Source: Patescibacteria group bacterium
GTDB lineage: Bacteria > Patescibacteriota > Patescibacteriia > JAXHNJ01
Direction of reading: 5' to 3'
DNA length: 64,000 bases
Assembly (NCBI GenBank): GCA_034520665.1
Contig: JAXHNJ010000003.1
Location: forward strand, 11,057 to 75,056
Below the pieces are notes generated by a model. The model worked only from the letters and a program-made list of their open reading frames with translations. It had not been told where the DNA came from and did not search any database. This document shows positions 1-9,671 of the stretch, piece after piece; positions within the stretch are counted from its first letter, which is position 1; each line of letters opens with the position of its first letter. The position numbers were made by a program, and so were the translations under genes.

Positions 1-12
1 CTCTAGATCCCT

Positions 13-62
13 TAATCACTCAATCAACTCAATTAACTATAATTAACTTAAATTAACTCAAC
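13..62. repeat. A/C-rich octamer-like low-complexity repeat (AACTCAATC/AATTAACT) at the cysS 3' end
   Basis: taatcactcaatcaactcaattaactataattaacttaaattaactcaa; related tracts at 17886-17921, 19275-19308, 26040-26075, 39316-39423 and 56205-56233. Confidence 0.6.
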
Positions 63-1467
63 CCCTAAACTGCCACACCTGTTCCCCTTCCTGGGTGTCC
101 CTCACTTCAATACCTTTTTCCGCCAACTGATCTCTGATTTTATCAGATTCTTCAAAATTTCTCTTTTTCCTAGCCTGATCCCTTTTTTCTAAAAGTTCTT
201 TTTCTTCACTTGATAATTTTCTTTTCTTGTCATGCCCCCAAAAAATAAAGCCCCAGATCTGATCAATTTCTTTAAGAAATTTAATAATTCTCTGACCCTC
301 ATTTTGGGAAATATTTTTATTATCAATTTCTTTATTTATTTTTTTTATAAAACGGAAAATAACTGCCATGGCTCTGGGCGTGTTCAAGTCATCGTCCATA
401 TACTTTTCAAAATCTTCTTTTATTTTATCCAGATATTTTCTTAAATCAAAATCTGATTTTGCCGCCGATAAATTATTTAAACGCTCGGTGAACTCATCAA
501 ATTTTTTCAAAGAATTTTTAGCTGATTTCATGGCTGTTTTGGTAAAAACTAAGGGCGTGCGGTAGTGGTTAGTTAAAACTAAATAACGGAAATCACGAGC
601 CGAAAAACCCTGCTTTATGATTTCCTCTAAATTCAAAACATTGCCCAGGCTTTTGGACATTTTTTCTTGGCCCATCCGCAAATAAGAACGGTGCACCCAG
701 TATTTAACAAACCTCTTACCAGTGGCCGCTTCGCTTTGGGCGATTTCATTAGAGTGATGAGGAAATTTCAAGTCAATAGCCCCGGTGTGAAGGTCAATCG
801 AAGGCCCCAGGAGCGAGGTCGACATAGCCGAGCACTCAATATGCCAGCCCGGACGGCCTTTCCCGAGTTCGGTTTCCCAGAAAACATCGCCGTCTTGGGG
901 TGACCAAGCCTTCCATAAGGCAAAATCAGCCACTTCTTTTTTATCATAATTATCATGCAAAACCCGGGCCCCGCTTTTTAGCTTTTGTTTTTTTAAATTT
1001 ACTAATTGGCCGTAATTTTTAAATTTTTTGACTTTATAATAGATCGAGCCGTCATCGCCCTGATAAGCATAGTTCTTATCCAGCAGAGTTTTAACCATAT
1101 CCACAATGGATCCGATAAATTCAGTGGCTTTGGGGTAATAGTCAGCCGGCTGCATATTCAAAGCTTTAATATCCTGAAAAAAAGCTTCAATAAAGGGTTG
1201 GGTATAGGTTTCTAAATTTACCCCCGCTTGCATCGAGCCTTTAATGGTTTTGTCATCAACATCGGTCAAATTCATAGCCTGGTTAACCTGATAACCAGAA
1301 TAAATTAAATATCTTTTCAGTAAATCAGCGGCTAAAAAAGCCGACAAATTACCAATATGGGGCTTAGCATAGACCGTCGGACCGCAGCTGTACATAGTCA
1401 CCTTTTTCTTTTTTAAGGGTTTAAAGTTTTCTTTTTTTCTGGATAATGAATTATAAAGTTTAAACAT
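58..1467 (-). CDS. cysS: cysteine--tRNA ligase
   Basis: CGPTVY, HIGN, GRPGWHIECSAM and KMSKS motifs; start moved to the ATG at 1467 (MFKLYNSL), which avoids overlap with the upstream gene. Confidence 0.97.
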   Translation of the reverse strand: MFKLYNSLSRKKENFKPLKKKKVTMYSCGPTVYAKPHIGNLSAFLAADLLKRYLIYSGYQVNQAMNLTDVDDKTIKGSMQAGVNLETYTQPFIEAFFQDIKALNMQPADYYPKATEFIGSIVDMVKTLLDKNYAYQGDDGSIYYKVKKFKNYGQLVNLKKQKLKSGARVLHDNYDKKEVADFALWKAWSPQDGDVFWETELGKGRPGWHIECSAMSTSLLGPSIDLHTGAIDLKFPHHSNEIAQSEAATGKRFVKYWVHRSYLRMGQEKMSKSLGNVLNLEEIIKQGFSARDFRYLVLTNHYRTPLVFTKTAMKSAKNSLKKFDEFTERLNNLSAAKSDFDLRKYLDKIKEDFEKYMDDDLNTPRAMAVIFRFIKKINKEIDNKNISQNEGQRIIKFLKEIDQIWGFIFWGHDKKRKLSSEEKELLEKRDQARKKRNFEESDKIRDQLAEKGIEVRDTQEGEQVWQFRG

Positions 1468-1478
1468 AAAATAGTATT

Positions 1479-2195
1479 TTAAATATCTAACCATTGGCCC
1501 GACTTGGCCGTGATATTGGCCGGCAGAGTGCCTTCAAAGTAAGAATAGCCATCAAAATATTTTAAGTCTTTAATAGCCAAGTTAGGAATTTCAGCTAAGC
1601 GGTTATTAATAGTTTTTTCCAGCCATGCTTCAGCTTTTTCCAAATAACCTTCGGGCACTGGAATTAAGCCAATTTTCCCTTTTTTTATTTTTAACTCAAT
1701 TGTCTGATCATCCTTTCTTTCCACTAAAACCCGAGTCCAGACCGGCACCTTAAGAGGTTTATTTAAAAAAGCAGATAACTCAAGACCACCTTCAATCATT
1801 TTTACCTGTAAAGAACGGCCCGGGTGATCTTCTGGAAAAGAATACTGAAGCAGTGAAGTAATTTCCTCCTGAGTCGGCTGCAAACTCAAAGAAACCTGAT
1901 CCTTATATTCTTTCTGGCTAAAAGGATGACTATTAGCCTCGAGATTTATTTTTAGCCCGGTTTTTTGTAAAAAGTTTTGCCTTATTTCCTGGCTGGAATT
2001 TACTTTAAGATCCTTAGCCTGGGCGGTTGAAAAAATATGAGAAAGACCCGGTATTTTGTATAAACCGGTCAGACCGATTAAAACTAATGGTATTAAAATA
2101 ATGATCAGACCGAAAACCAGCCAAAGCCATTTTTTTGACTTTTGCTTTTTTTCCGGTTTAATTGGATTAATATCTGACTTATTCTCTAGTCTCAT
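1479..2195 (-). CDS. hypothetical protein with N-terminal membrane anchor
   Basis: 238-aa ORF coupled to its neighbours; single hydrophobic segment WLWLVFGLIIILIPLVLIGL. Confidence 0.8.
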   Translation of the reverse strand: MRLENKSDINPIKPEKKQKSKKWLWLVFGLIIILIPLVLIGLTGLYKIPGLSHIFSTAQAKDLKVNSSQEIRQNFLQKTGLKINLEANSHPFSQKEYKDQVSLSLQPTQEEITSLLQYSFPEDHPGRSLQVKMIEGGLELSAFLNKPLKVPVWTRVLVERKDDQTIELKIKKGKIGLIPVPEGYLEKAEAWLEKTINNRLAEIPNLAIKDLKYFDGYSYFEGTLPANITAKSGQWLDI

Positions 2196-2571
2196 TTTTT
2201 TTATTTATTTGTTTATCAATAGTGCCAATCAGCTCATGAGGACTGGTTTTAGCTTTGACAAAATACCCGGAAGCCCCCAAAGCCAAGGCTCTTTTTATAG
2301 ATTCTTTATCTTCAATATTAGTCAGCATAATAATAGGTATGTTTTTGGTTTTGTCTTCTTTTTTGACAAATTGCAAAAAATCAAAGCCGTTAATTTTCGG
2401 AATTCGAATATCCAACAAAACTAAATCAGGAAAATTTTGTTTAATTTTTTTTAAACCCTCTTCGCCGTCAGAAGCTGAGCTAGTTTTGAAGTTAGCTTCT
2501 TGTAATATTTTTTTTAAAGCAAAGACCTCGGTGGGTTCGTCTTCAATAATTAATATTTTTTTATCAGCCAT
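2179..2571 (-). CDS. single-domain response regulator (receiver only)
   Basis: KILIIEDE, PDLVLLDI (phospho-Asp), IPIIMLTN, GASGYFVK. Confidence 0.93.
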   Translation of the reverse strand: MADKKILIIEDEPTEVFALKKILQEANFKTSSASDGEEGLKKIKQNFPDLVLLDIRIPKINGFDFLQFVKKEDKTKNIPIIMLTNIEDKESIKRALALGASGYFVKAKTSPHELIGTIDKQINKKNETRE

Positions 2572-2941
2572 TTTTTATAACCTTTTTTATTTTATTAATA
2601 AAATCATCCAAATTAAATTCAGTCTTTATTAGATAATCTTTAGCCCCCAGCTTAAGTCCTTTTTCAATATCACCTTTTTTGCTTAAATTAGACATAATCA
2701 CCACCGGAATATCTCTATATTTATCATTTTCCTTAATTTCCTTTAAAAAATCATAACCACTCATTTGGGGAAGAATAATATCCAAGACGATTAAATCAGG
2801 CTCATCTTTCTCCAGAGCCTCTAAAGCTTTTTCTCCGGAATCAACTGTGGTAATTGAATACCCATCAACGGTTAGACGAGCCTTAAGAGCGTAGAGTAAA
2901 GCCGCTTCATCCTCGATTATTAATATTTTTTTTGATTTCAT
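2564..2941 (-). CDS. single-domain response regulator (receiver only)
   Basis: KILIIEDE, PDLIVLDIILP, GAKDYLIK. Confidence 0.93.
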   Translation of the reverse strand: MKSKKILIIEDEAALLYALKARLTVDGYSITTVDSGEKALEALEKDEPDLIVLDIILPQMSGYDFLKEIKENDKYRDIPVVIMSNLSKKGDIEKGLKLGAKDYLIKTEFNLDDFINKIKKVIKNG

Positions 2942-2958
2942 AATTTTAGATTTAATAT

Positions 2959-4032
2959 TTATGATAATGGTAAATTAAAATAAAAGGTAGTACCGACTCC
3001 TTTTTTGGAAGCCACGCCAATATTGCCCCCATGGGCTTCAACAATGCCTTTGACAATAACCAAACCTAAACCAGATCCTTTTTCCTTTTTTTGGGAAACA
3101 TTTTTCATCTGCTCAAACTTATTAAAAAGTTTTGATAAATTCTTAAAAGAAATACCCTGGCCATTATCAGTTACAGAAATAACTAGTGACTGGTCGTAAT
3201 TATCAAGCTTATTGTCACCACCTTTAAGATACCACTCAATCTGATTTTTCTCCGCTTCCTGGTTTAGGTCATGCTTTTTTTTATGTAAAAAAGCGCCGAT
3301 TTCTATACGCCCCTCTTTTTTGGTAAATTTAATAGCATTGGACAATAGATTCTCAAAAACCTGGCGCATTTTTTTCTTATCAATTGGTATTTGAGGTAAA
3401 TTTTCTGACTTTTTAAACTTGATTGATATATTTTTATTTCCGGCCACGGGTTTAAAATACTTAATAACATCTTCGATCAAATAGGAAATATCAGATACCT
3501 CTTTTTCTGCTTTAAACATGCCAGACTCAATTTTTGAAACATCCAGTAAGTCATTAACAATATCAAGCATCCTCTGACTGCTTTGATTTACCAGCTTGAC
3601 TGGTTCTTCAAAGTGGCGAACCTTATCTTTTTTAATATCATCAATCATTAAATTAGAAACCATGCGTAAACCGTTTAAAGGTGACCGCAGGTCATGAACC
3701 ATCATATTTATGAATTCTGTCCTTTGTTTTTCGGCCTTTTTCAACTTCTCCAAAGTATTTTTTAGTTTAGTGTTTATATTTTGCAGATTTTTTTTAGAAT
3801 CAGCCACTTTAACCGTGCCCTGATGGACAAAATAAGAAATAATAAACATAACCATAGCTATAAAAACTGTCATCAAAAAAACAATTTCTTCTGAATAATA
3901 ATTACGGGCAATAAAAAAAGTGGTCAAAATAAGCAGTATGGTGATAAAGCCGGCAAAAATAAACAAAGAAGAAGGACATTCGAAAAAACCAAGTTTAAGG
4001 TCTTTGCATTCTTTAAATGATTTAATTTTCAT
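2959..4032 (-). CDS. membrane sensor histidine kinase
   Basis: two TM segments, H-box VHDLRSPL, N-box NLLSNAIKF, DNGQGI and GSGLGL boxes. Confidence 0.95.
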   Translation of the reverse strand: MKIKSFKECKDLKLGFFECPSSLFIFAGFITILLILTTFFIARNYYSEEIVFLMTVFIAMVMFIISYFVHQGTVKVADSKKNLQNINTKLKNTLEKLKKAEKQRTEFINMMVHDLRSPLNGLRMVSNLMIDDIKKDKVRHFEEPVKLVNQSSQRMLDIVNDLLDVSKIESGMFKAEKEVSDISYLIEDVIKYFKPVAGNKNISIKFKKSENLPQIPIDKKKMRQVFENLLSNAIKFTKKEGRIEIGAFLHKKKHDLNQEAEKNQIEWYLKGGDNKLDNYDQSLVISVTDNGQGISFKNLSKLFNKFEQMKNVSQKKEKGSGLGLVIVKGIVEAHGGNIGVASKKGVGTTFYFNLPLS

Positions 4033-4035
4033 ATA

Positions 4036-4338
4036 TTAATCAGTTAACAAGCCCCAAATAAAGGCGTAGATTAAACTATAAAATAAGAGAGAGTAAAATA
4101 TTCTTTGAGCTTTTGTTTTTGTTTTTATTATAGCATAGCTCTCCTTTTTTTCCTCTTTCCCTCCGATTATTTTTATAATATAAATAAGGCCGTAAACAAA
4201 AGTAACACCAGAGGCTATTTTAAAACATAGATTATAAGGTAATTGTCCGGCCAGACCATAAAGGACTAAAGAAAGCAGAAAAGTTAAAACAAATATTAGA
4301 AGTAAACTTAAGATCAATTTTTTTAATCTTAAAACCAT
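4036..4338 (-). CDS. small membrane protein
   Basis: 100 aa, three hydrophobic segments, tight operon spacing. Confidence 0.7.
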   Translation of the reverse strand: MVLRLKKLILSLLLIFVLTFLLSLVLYGLAGQLPYNLCFKIASGVTFVYGLIYIIKIIGGKEEKKESYAIIKTKTKAQRIFYSLLFYSLIYAFIWGLLTD

Positions 4339-4343
4339 AAAGT

Positions 4344-5996
4344 TTACATTTTAACCACTTGACCCGGATTAAGGCTGTGATAATTTTTATTTTGGGATCT
4401 GGTTGATTTTTTATTTTCTTTGCTTGAATAATTTTTATTATCTTGGTGTGAAGATTTTCTCTGCTTAGCTTTTCTCCGCTTGCTTTGTTTAAAGGAAGTG
4501 GGCTCTTTACCTAAAGCTTCTTTCAATGATATTGCCTTTTTATTATCAATACTAGCTTGGGGCACAATTTTTTCTTTGCGAAAATCTACTTTAGGTTTAT
4601 TATCTTTTTTGTTATATCTTCTGTTTTTATTATAATTTTTATTATAATTTCGGTTTGTCTGATTATTGCTTTGGCTTTTTTGGGCTTCTGATTTGGCTCC
4701 GGTCCAGCGAGAAATTTTATCTTCAATTATTTCCCTTTTTTCTGAATATCTTTCCCGGGAAGTACGAATTATTTTTTCGCGGTTACCTTCCTCTTCTGTT
4801 ACTGGTGGCAAAGTAGAGGCAGAAAAAGGATCAGAAGCCACACCGTCAATCATTAGTTTTAAATAAACCTCATACTTAGTTAAATTAACTAAATCAGTCT
4901 CCGAAAAAATAGGCTCAAATTCCTTGACTAAAAATTCCGCGTCAGCAGCCCCCACCCGGAAAGCCACAATAGTGCCGACATTACCAAAAACAGCCGCCTG
5001 AACCTTTTCATCCAGCTGTTCAATATACTGATGAGCAATGGTTAAATCCAGCCGGTATTTTCTGGCCTCAGATAAAATAGTAGCAAAACTCTCGGTAGCA
5101 AAGTTCTGAAATTCATCAACATAAAGGTAAAAATCTTTTCTTTCTTCCTCAGGAACATCAATCCGACTCATAGCGGCCAGCTGAATTTTCGTCACCATCA
5201 TAGCTCCCAGTAATGAAGAATTATCCTCGCCCACTCGTCCCTTGGAAAGATTCAAAAGTAAGATTTTACCCTCATCCATAATTTCACGCATATCAATGGT
5301 GCTTTTGGGCTGGCCTACAATATTCCTGATGACCGAGCTGGATAAAAACTGCCCGACCTTATTTTGAATAGGAGAAATAGCTTCGGTACGAAACTGATTA
5401 GAATAGGCTTGATATTCATTCTTCCAAAAGGCCTTGACCACTGGATCAGTGATTTTATCCACCACTTTTTTGCGATAATTTTTATCCACCAGCAAACGAG
5501 TAACACCAAGAAGAGTGCTGCCTGGATATTCAAGCAAAGATAAAATAGTATTACGCAATAAGTATTCCAAACGCGGTCCCCAGGAATCAATCCATATTTT
5601 CTTGAAAACAGCAATTAAGCCAGAAGTAACTAAATGATGATAGGTCGGATCAACAGATTCCAAAACATTAAAAGCAATGGGATAATCTAAATCAGCCGGA
5701 TTAAAATAAACCACGTCATTAATACGATGAGAAGGAATAAACTGAATAACTCTTTCTACTAAATCACCCAGCGGATCTATTAGAGCCACTCCTTTGCCTC
5801 TATGAATATCATCTACAATCATATTTTCAATAGTGGTAGATTTTCCCATGCCGGTTTTACCAATAATATACATATGACGACGACGATCATCACTTTTAAT
5901 ACCAAACTTCCGGTTTATATTCCGAAAATTGGTCATAGCAAAAGGAGTAATCTCATTCTCCTGATTATTATTATTTTGACTATTATTGGTTGCCAT
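4344..5996 (-). CDS. TraD/TrwB/HerA-like (VirD4/VirB4 superfamily) ATPase of the type conserved in CPR
   Basis: RRRHMYIIGKTGMGKST Walker A, FYLYVDEFQNF Walker B, SEARKY, AHQYIEQL; low-complexity basic C-terminal tail. Confidence 0.88.
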   Translation of the reverse strand: MATNNSQNNNNQENEITPFAMTNFRNINRKFGIKSDDRRRHMYIIGKTGMGKSTTIENMIVDDIHRGKGVALIDPLGDLVERVIQFIPSHRINDVVYFNPADLDYPIAFNVLESVDPTYHHLVTSGLIAVFKKIWIDSWGPRLEYLLRNTILSLLEYPGSTLLGVTRLLVDKNYRKKVVDKITDPVVKAFWKNEYQAYSNQFRTEAISPIQNKVGQFLSSSVIRNIVGQPKSTIDMREIMDEGKILLLNLSKGRVGEDNSSLLGAMMVTKIQLAAMSRIDVPEEERKDFYLYVDEFQNFATESFATILSEARKYRLDLTIAHQYIEQLDEKVQAAVFGNVGTIVAFRVGAADAEFLVKEFEPIFSETDLVNLTKYEVYLKLMIDGVASDPFSASTLPPVTEEEGNREKIIRTSRERYSEKREIIEDKISRWTGAKSEAQKSQSNNQTNRNYNKNYNKNRRYNKKDNKPKVDFRKEKIVPQASIDNKKAISLKEALGKEPTSFKQSKRRKAKQRKSSHQDNKNYSSKENKKSTRSQNKNYHSLNPGQVVKM

Positions 5997-6002
5997 AAAA
6001 AT

Positions 6003-7454
6003 CTATTTAGTAAAGGGTAAGTTATTGGGCGCCACCGGTGGTTGGCCGTCCTGAGGTTGGTTTTCTTTTGTCTTGTTACTAGGACCCACTGTTTGAGGAG
6101 ATTTTTTGGGTTCGGGAGAAAAGACCTGCTGAGGCAAAGACACCGGCGGTTCACCTTTTCGAGCCTCTGTCTTTTTAACCAGCGGCGCCTTGACTGTAGA
6201 AATTGGAAAGTGAAATAAACTGGCTAACTCTTCGATATTTAAAACAAACATATTGCGGCCTCGAACACCACTCCGGTATTTATAGCCCCAAAGCAGCCTC
6301 CTTTTACGGTTATTAATTCTCCACTGAGTAATAGCTTCAATAGGCGGATAAGTTACTTTGGTTTTGGTTTTTTTGTCCCGCTTAAGACCATTTAAATCTA
6401 AGGTGTTATACTGCTTCATAGCCCCGAGGACAGCCGGGATTATTCTTTTATGGCTAAAAACTTCTTTTTCAGCAAAATAAACTACCCGTATTTTAGTGCG
6501 GAAAGCAATTTTAGATATTTTAATGCCAATAGCCTCAACTACTGCTTTTTCTGAAGGAGTTAAGTGCTGCATCATAGTCGGCCATTTCAAGCCTTCGTTT
6601 TGACTAGCCCTTTCACCAAATTCAGAAGGAGGTATTATTGAAGCAGTCAGTGATTCACTAAACCCTTTAACAAAATCACGCGGCAACCAAAATAAATCAT
6701 TACTTTTAGAGGAACTTTTAGCTCCAATCAATTTCTTGATTAAATTAATACCATTATCACGCCATTTATTGCCTTCGGGAGGAGCAATAACAAACTGCAG
6801 CCAAAGCTGTTCTCCCTGCATTAAACGGCTTAAAATTTCCAATAAAGAACCCATCGGATCTTTAAAATATTCTTTGGCCGCCGGATCTTCAAAATCACGA
6901 TAAGTTTTAATCGGATAAACTTCTTTTTTGTCTAATTTCATTTCAGCTCCATAAATATCATATTGGTCATTGGGAAATTCAACTTTAATATCTTCTGTAT
7001 AGTCCTGAACTTCCGTAATTTCAGCGTCCGGATACTGAGCGTAAATGGCTGACTCTACCATATCACGAAATTGATTGGGAGTTCTGATCAAAAATTGGAT
7101 ATATCCGCCCATACTAATTATTTCCAAAGCAAAAGCCTGCTGGTTATAGCCATGCAGCCAGCGGTCTATTTTGCTGCCTTTTTTTTGTATGCCATGAAGA
7201 TGAGAAAAAATATTTTCCACGGCCTTGGGTGTCTGTTCATTTTCTTTGGGTATATCAATAGCTAAAAGAGTAAATTCTATTTTTGAATTGTAAATATTTT
7301 TACGCCACTGAATCCAGGTCCACCAAAGTCCAAACAAAATTGCCCCTAAAATAATTACCCAACCACCATGAATAATAATATACCAAAGCATAGCTAAAGG
7401 AGCAAAATAAGAGTTACTATTTATGGGAGTAGTTAAATCAATGCTAATTTCCAT
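6003..7454 (-). CDS. membrane-anchored partner protein of the adjacent ATPase
   Basis: N-terminal TM, IYAQYPDAEITEV, YPIKTY and LNIEELASLFHFP motifs, proline-rich C-terminus; directly upstream of the ATPase. Confidence 0.75.
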   Translation of the reverse strand: MEISIDLTTPINSNSYFAPLAMLWYIIIHGGWVIILGAILFGLWWTWIQWRKNIYNSKIEFTLLAIDIPKENEQTPKAVENIFSHLHGIQKKGSKIDRWLHGYNQQAFALEIISMGGYIQFLIRTPNQFRDMVESAIYAQYPDAEITEVQDYTEDIKVEFPNDQYDIYGAEMKLDKKEVYPIKTYRDFEDPAAKEYFKDPMGSLLEILSRLMQGEQLWLQFVIAPPEGNKWRDNGINLIKKLIGAKSSSKSNDLFWLPRDFVKGFSESLTASIIPPSEFGERASQNEGLKWPTMMQHLTPSEKAVVEAIGIKISKIAFRTKIRVVYFAEKEVFSHKRIIPAVLGAMKQYNTLDLNGLKRDKKTKTKVTYPPIEAITQWRINNRKRRLLWGYKYRSGVRGRNMFVLNIEELASLFHFPISTVKAPLVKKTEARKGEPPVSLPQQVFSPEPKKSPQTVGPSNKTKENQPQDGQPPVAPNNLPFTK

Positions 7455-7460
7455 ATTTGG

Positions 7461-8600
7461 TTATTTTTGTTTCAAATCTTGATCTTTTTCAATTAAAGTA
7501 TAGGTTTTATCAGGATTTTTATTAAATTTTTTAGAGTCGGATAAAGCCAGTAAAATAGTATTCTTTTTAACCATTCTTCTTTTTAAAACCCTCGCCACAA
7601 TTTCATCCCGTTTTAATGGTTGGTCAGAATTTTTTAAAACATCTTCAATAACATCAGACACCACACCAGACTGATAACCCCATTCTTTTAAAGCATAAAT
7701 ACCGCGGCCAACCAAAACATATTCGTCATTTAAAATTAATTCATTATGAACTGTTGGCGGATAGGCTTTTTTTCGGTCAAATCCGGCCTTGTTTATCAGC
7801 TCAGCAATTTTAGTAAAATGTAAGGGCTTTTCCTGTTTTTTTAAAATAATATGAATTTTATCATTTATTCTTTTTGGATTTATACTGCCCCAACTAGATA
7901 ACCCAAAATCACCATAAGGATTCATATCAATTTTTTTACTAATCCTTAAATAAGAAATTATAGCTTCATCTGATAAAACCTCATTTTCTGATTCATAGAA
8001 TTCAGTTTTTTTAAACTTTTTTATCACTTTGTCCTGGGAAATAGGCTTACCTTCTACTTTAAGGATTTCTAAAAAATTTTCTATAGATTTATCAAGAAGC
8101 TTTCGGCTGGCTGATTCTAGCTGCCATGAATCTCTTAACTTTTTATCACTAAGTGTTTCATACTTATAATCAAAAATACTCTTCATAAGAAATTTTACAG
8201 CGTTATCATTGACTTTATTATCCCCAGCATGAGATAAAAGTTTTTCATTAAAAAAATTCTTTTCCATAATACTGCCATGTTCGTGGATGAGATGAGTAAT
8301 TATACCTTCTACTTCATTAATTAAATCTTTAAATTGTGAGGATTTCTTAATTTTTTTCACTGAAGAGTTTTCAATTTGTCGAATTCTTTCCCGAGTAACG
8401 TTAAAATGATTACCAATTTCTTCCAAAGTTTCTTCTTTGTCACCGCTTAAGCCATATCGGCGCCTTAAAATATCCTCTTCTTTACTGGAAACTAACTTCA
8501 GAAGTGAAGAAACTATTTCTAGCGGATTAAAATGACTGATATCTGAAGCTTGTTTCGAGCTGAGGATCTTGTCTAAAAGACTTGAATCTTGCTCATTCAT
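7461..8600 (-). CDS. sigma70 region-4 HTH protein with C-terminal winged-HTH (RpoE/HARE-like) domains
   Basis: RRYGL..ETLEEIGNHFNVTRERIRQIE; PTVHNELI..YVLVGRGIYALKEWG; lacks sigma region 2. Confidence 0.85.
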   Translation of the reverse strand: MNEQDSSLLDKILSSKQASDISHFNPLEIVSSLLKLVSSKEEDILRRRYGLSGDKEETLEEIGNHFNVTRERIRQIENSSVKKIKKSSQFKDLINEVEGIITHLIHEHGSIMEKNFFNEKLLSHAGDNKVNDNAVKFLMKSIFDYKYETLSDKKLRDSWQLESASRKLLDKSIENFLEILKVEGKPISQDKVIKKFKKTEFYESENEVLSDEAIISYLRISKKIDMNPYGDFGLSSWGSINPKRINDKIHIILKKQEKPLHFTKIAELINKAGFDRKKAYPPTVHNELILNDEYVLVGRGIYALKEWGYQSGVVSDVIEDVLKNSDQPLKRDEIVARVLKRRMVKKNTILLALSDSKKFNKNPDKTYTLIEKDQDLKQK

Positions 8601-8687
8601 ATTTTTAAATTTAATATTTATAATTAGAGATTTTAGAGAGATAAACCTCTCTTTTAAAACATAAAAATTAATTTATATCTCATCTTT

Positions 8688-8716
8688 AGTATAGCATACT
8701 TTTTTAATGTTGTCAA
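8688..8716 (-). promoter_or_regulatory. sigma70 promoter of the 7461-8600 operon
   Basis: minus strand TTGACA-17 nt-TATACT with extended -10 TG. Confidence 0.75.
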
Positions 8717-8777
8717 GAATATGTTATAAAATAAAAATCGCCTTAAAAGCGAGTATTTTATTAAATTTAAATAATTT

Positions 8778-9671
8778 TTAGTTTTTCCGGTGATACCAGA
8801 CCGAAAGTAAAGGTGAAGCTATAAAAATAGAAGAATAGGTGCCAATAATAACCCCAATAATTAAGGCTAATATAAAAAAACGAATACTTTCACCACCAAA
8901 TAATAGTAGAGCCAATAAAACAAGTAAGGTAGTTATAGAAGTATTAAGAGAGCGAACTATGGTCTGATTGATGCTTTTGTTTAAAATTTCATCAAAGTCT
9001 TCACTCTCACCCTTAGTCAACCCTTCCCTAACCCGGTCAAAAACTACAATCGTGTCATGTACTGAAAAACCAAGTATAGTTAACAAAGCTGTAACAAAGA
9101 ATATATCCACTTCAATATTAAAGAAAAAGCCCAAAGCAGCAAAAACACCCAGAGTAATTAATATATCATGGATCAAGGCAATAATAGCATTAAAGCCAAA
9201 TACCGGGCTATTGATATGCGAAAATTTAATTTTTCTAAAAGCCCAAGAAATATAAATAATTATACCGACTAAGACCAAGGCAATAGCTACAAACGCTTTT
9301 TGTTTTAATTCCTGTCCAATTGTCGGGCCAATAGATTCAAAGCTTTCCTCAGTCACAGGTCCGAATTTTTCTTCTAACGAAGTTATAATATTATTTCTTT
9401 CTTGATTACTTAGTGTTTTTAGGCGTAAAAGTATACTTTCTTGGCCAGATTTTTGAACTTTTATTTCTCCCAGTTCTAATTGATTTAAATTTTCACGTAT
9501 CTCATTTGTTTCTGGAATTTCATTTTTAAAATTAATCTGCATCAAAGTGCCGCCAGTAAAATCAATACCCAGTTTAAGCCCTCCCGTAAAAATAAAAAAC
9601 AAACTAATTAAAATAAGCAAACCAGAAAATATAAACCAAATTTTTTTCTTTTCAATAATTTTATACATCAT
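8778..9671 (-). CDS. secF: protein translocase subunit SecF
   Basis: LGIDFTGG, IGPTIGQEL, GFSVHDTIVVFDRVRE, RSLNTS. Confidence 0.97.
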   Translation of the reverse strand: MMYKIIEKKKIWFIFSGLLILISLFFIFTGGLKLGIDFTGGTLMQINFKNEIPETNEIRENLNQLELGEIKVQKSGQESILLRLKTLSNQERNNIITSLEEKFGPVTEESFESIGPTIGQELKQKAFVAIALVLVGIIIYISWAFRKIKFSHINSPVFGFNAIIALIHDILITLGVFAALGFFFNIEVDIFFVTALLTILGFSVHDTIVVFDRVREGLTKGESEDFDEILNKSINQTIVRSLNTSITTLLVLLALLLFGGESIRFFILALIIGVIIGTYSSIFIASPLLSVWYHRKN

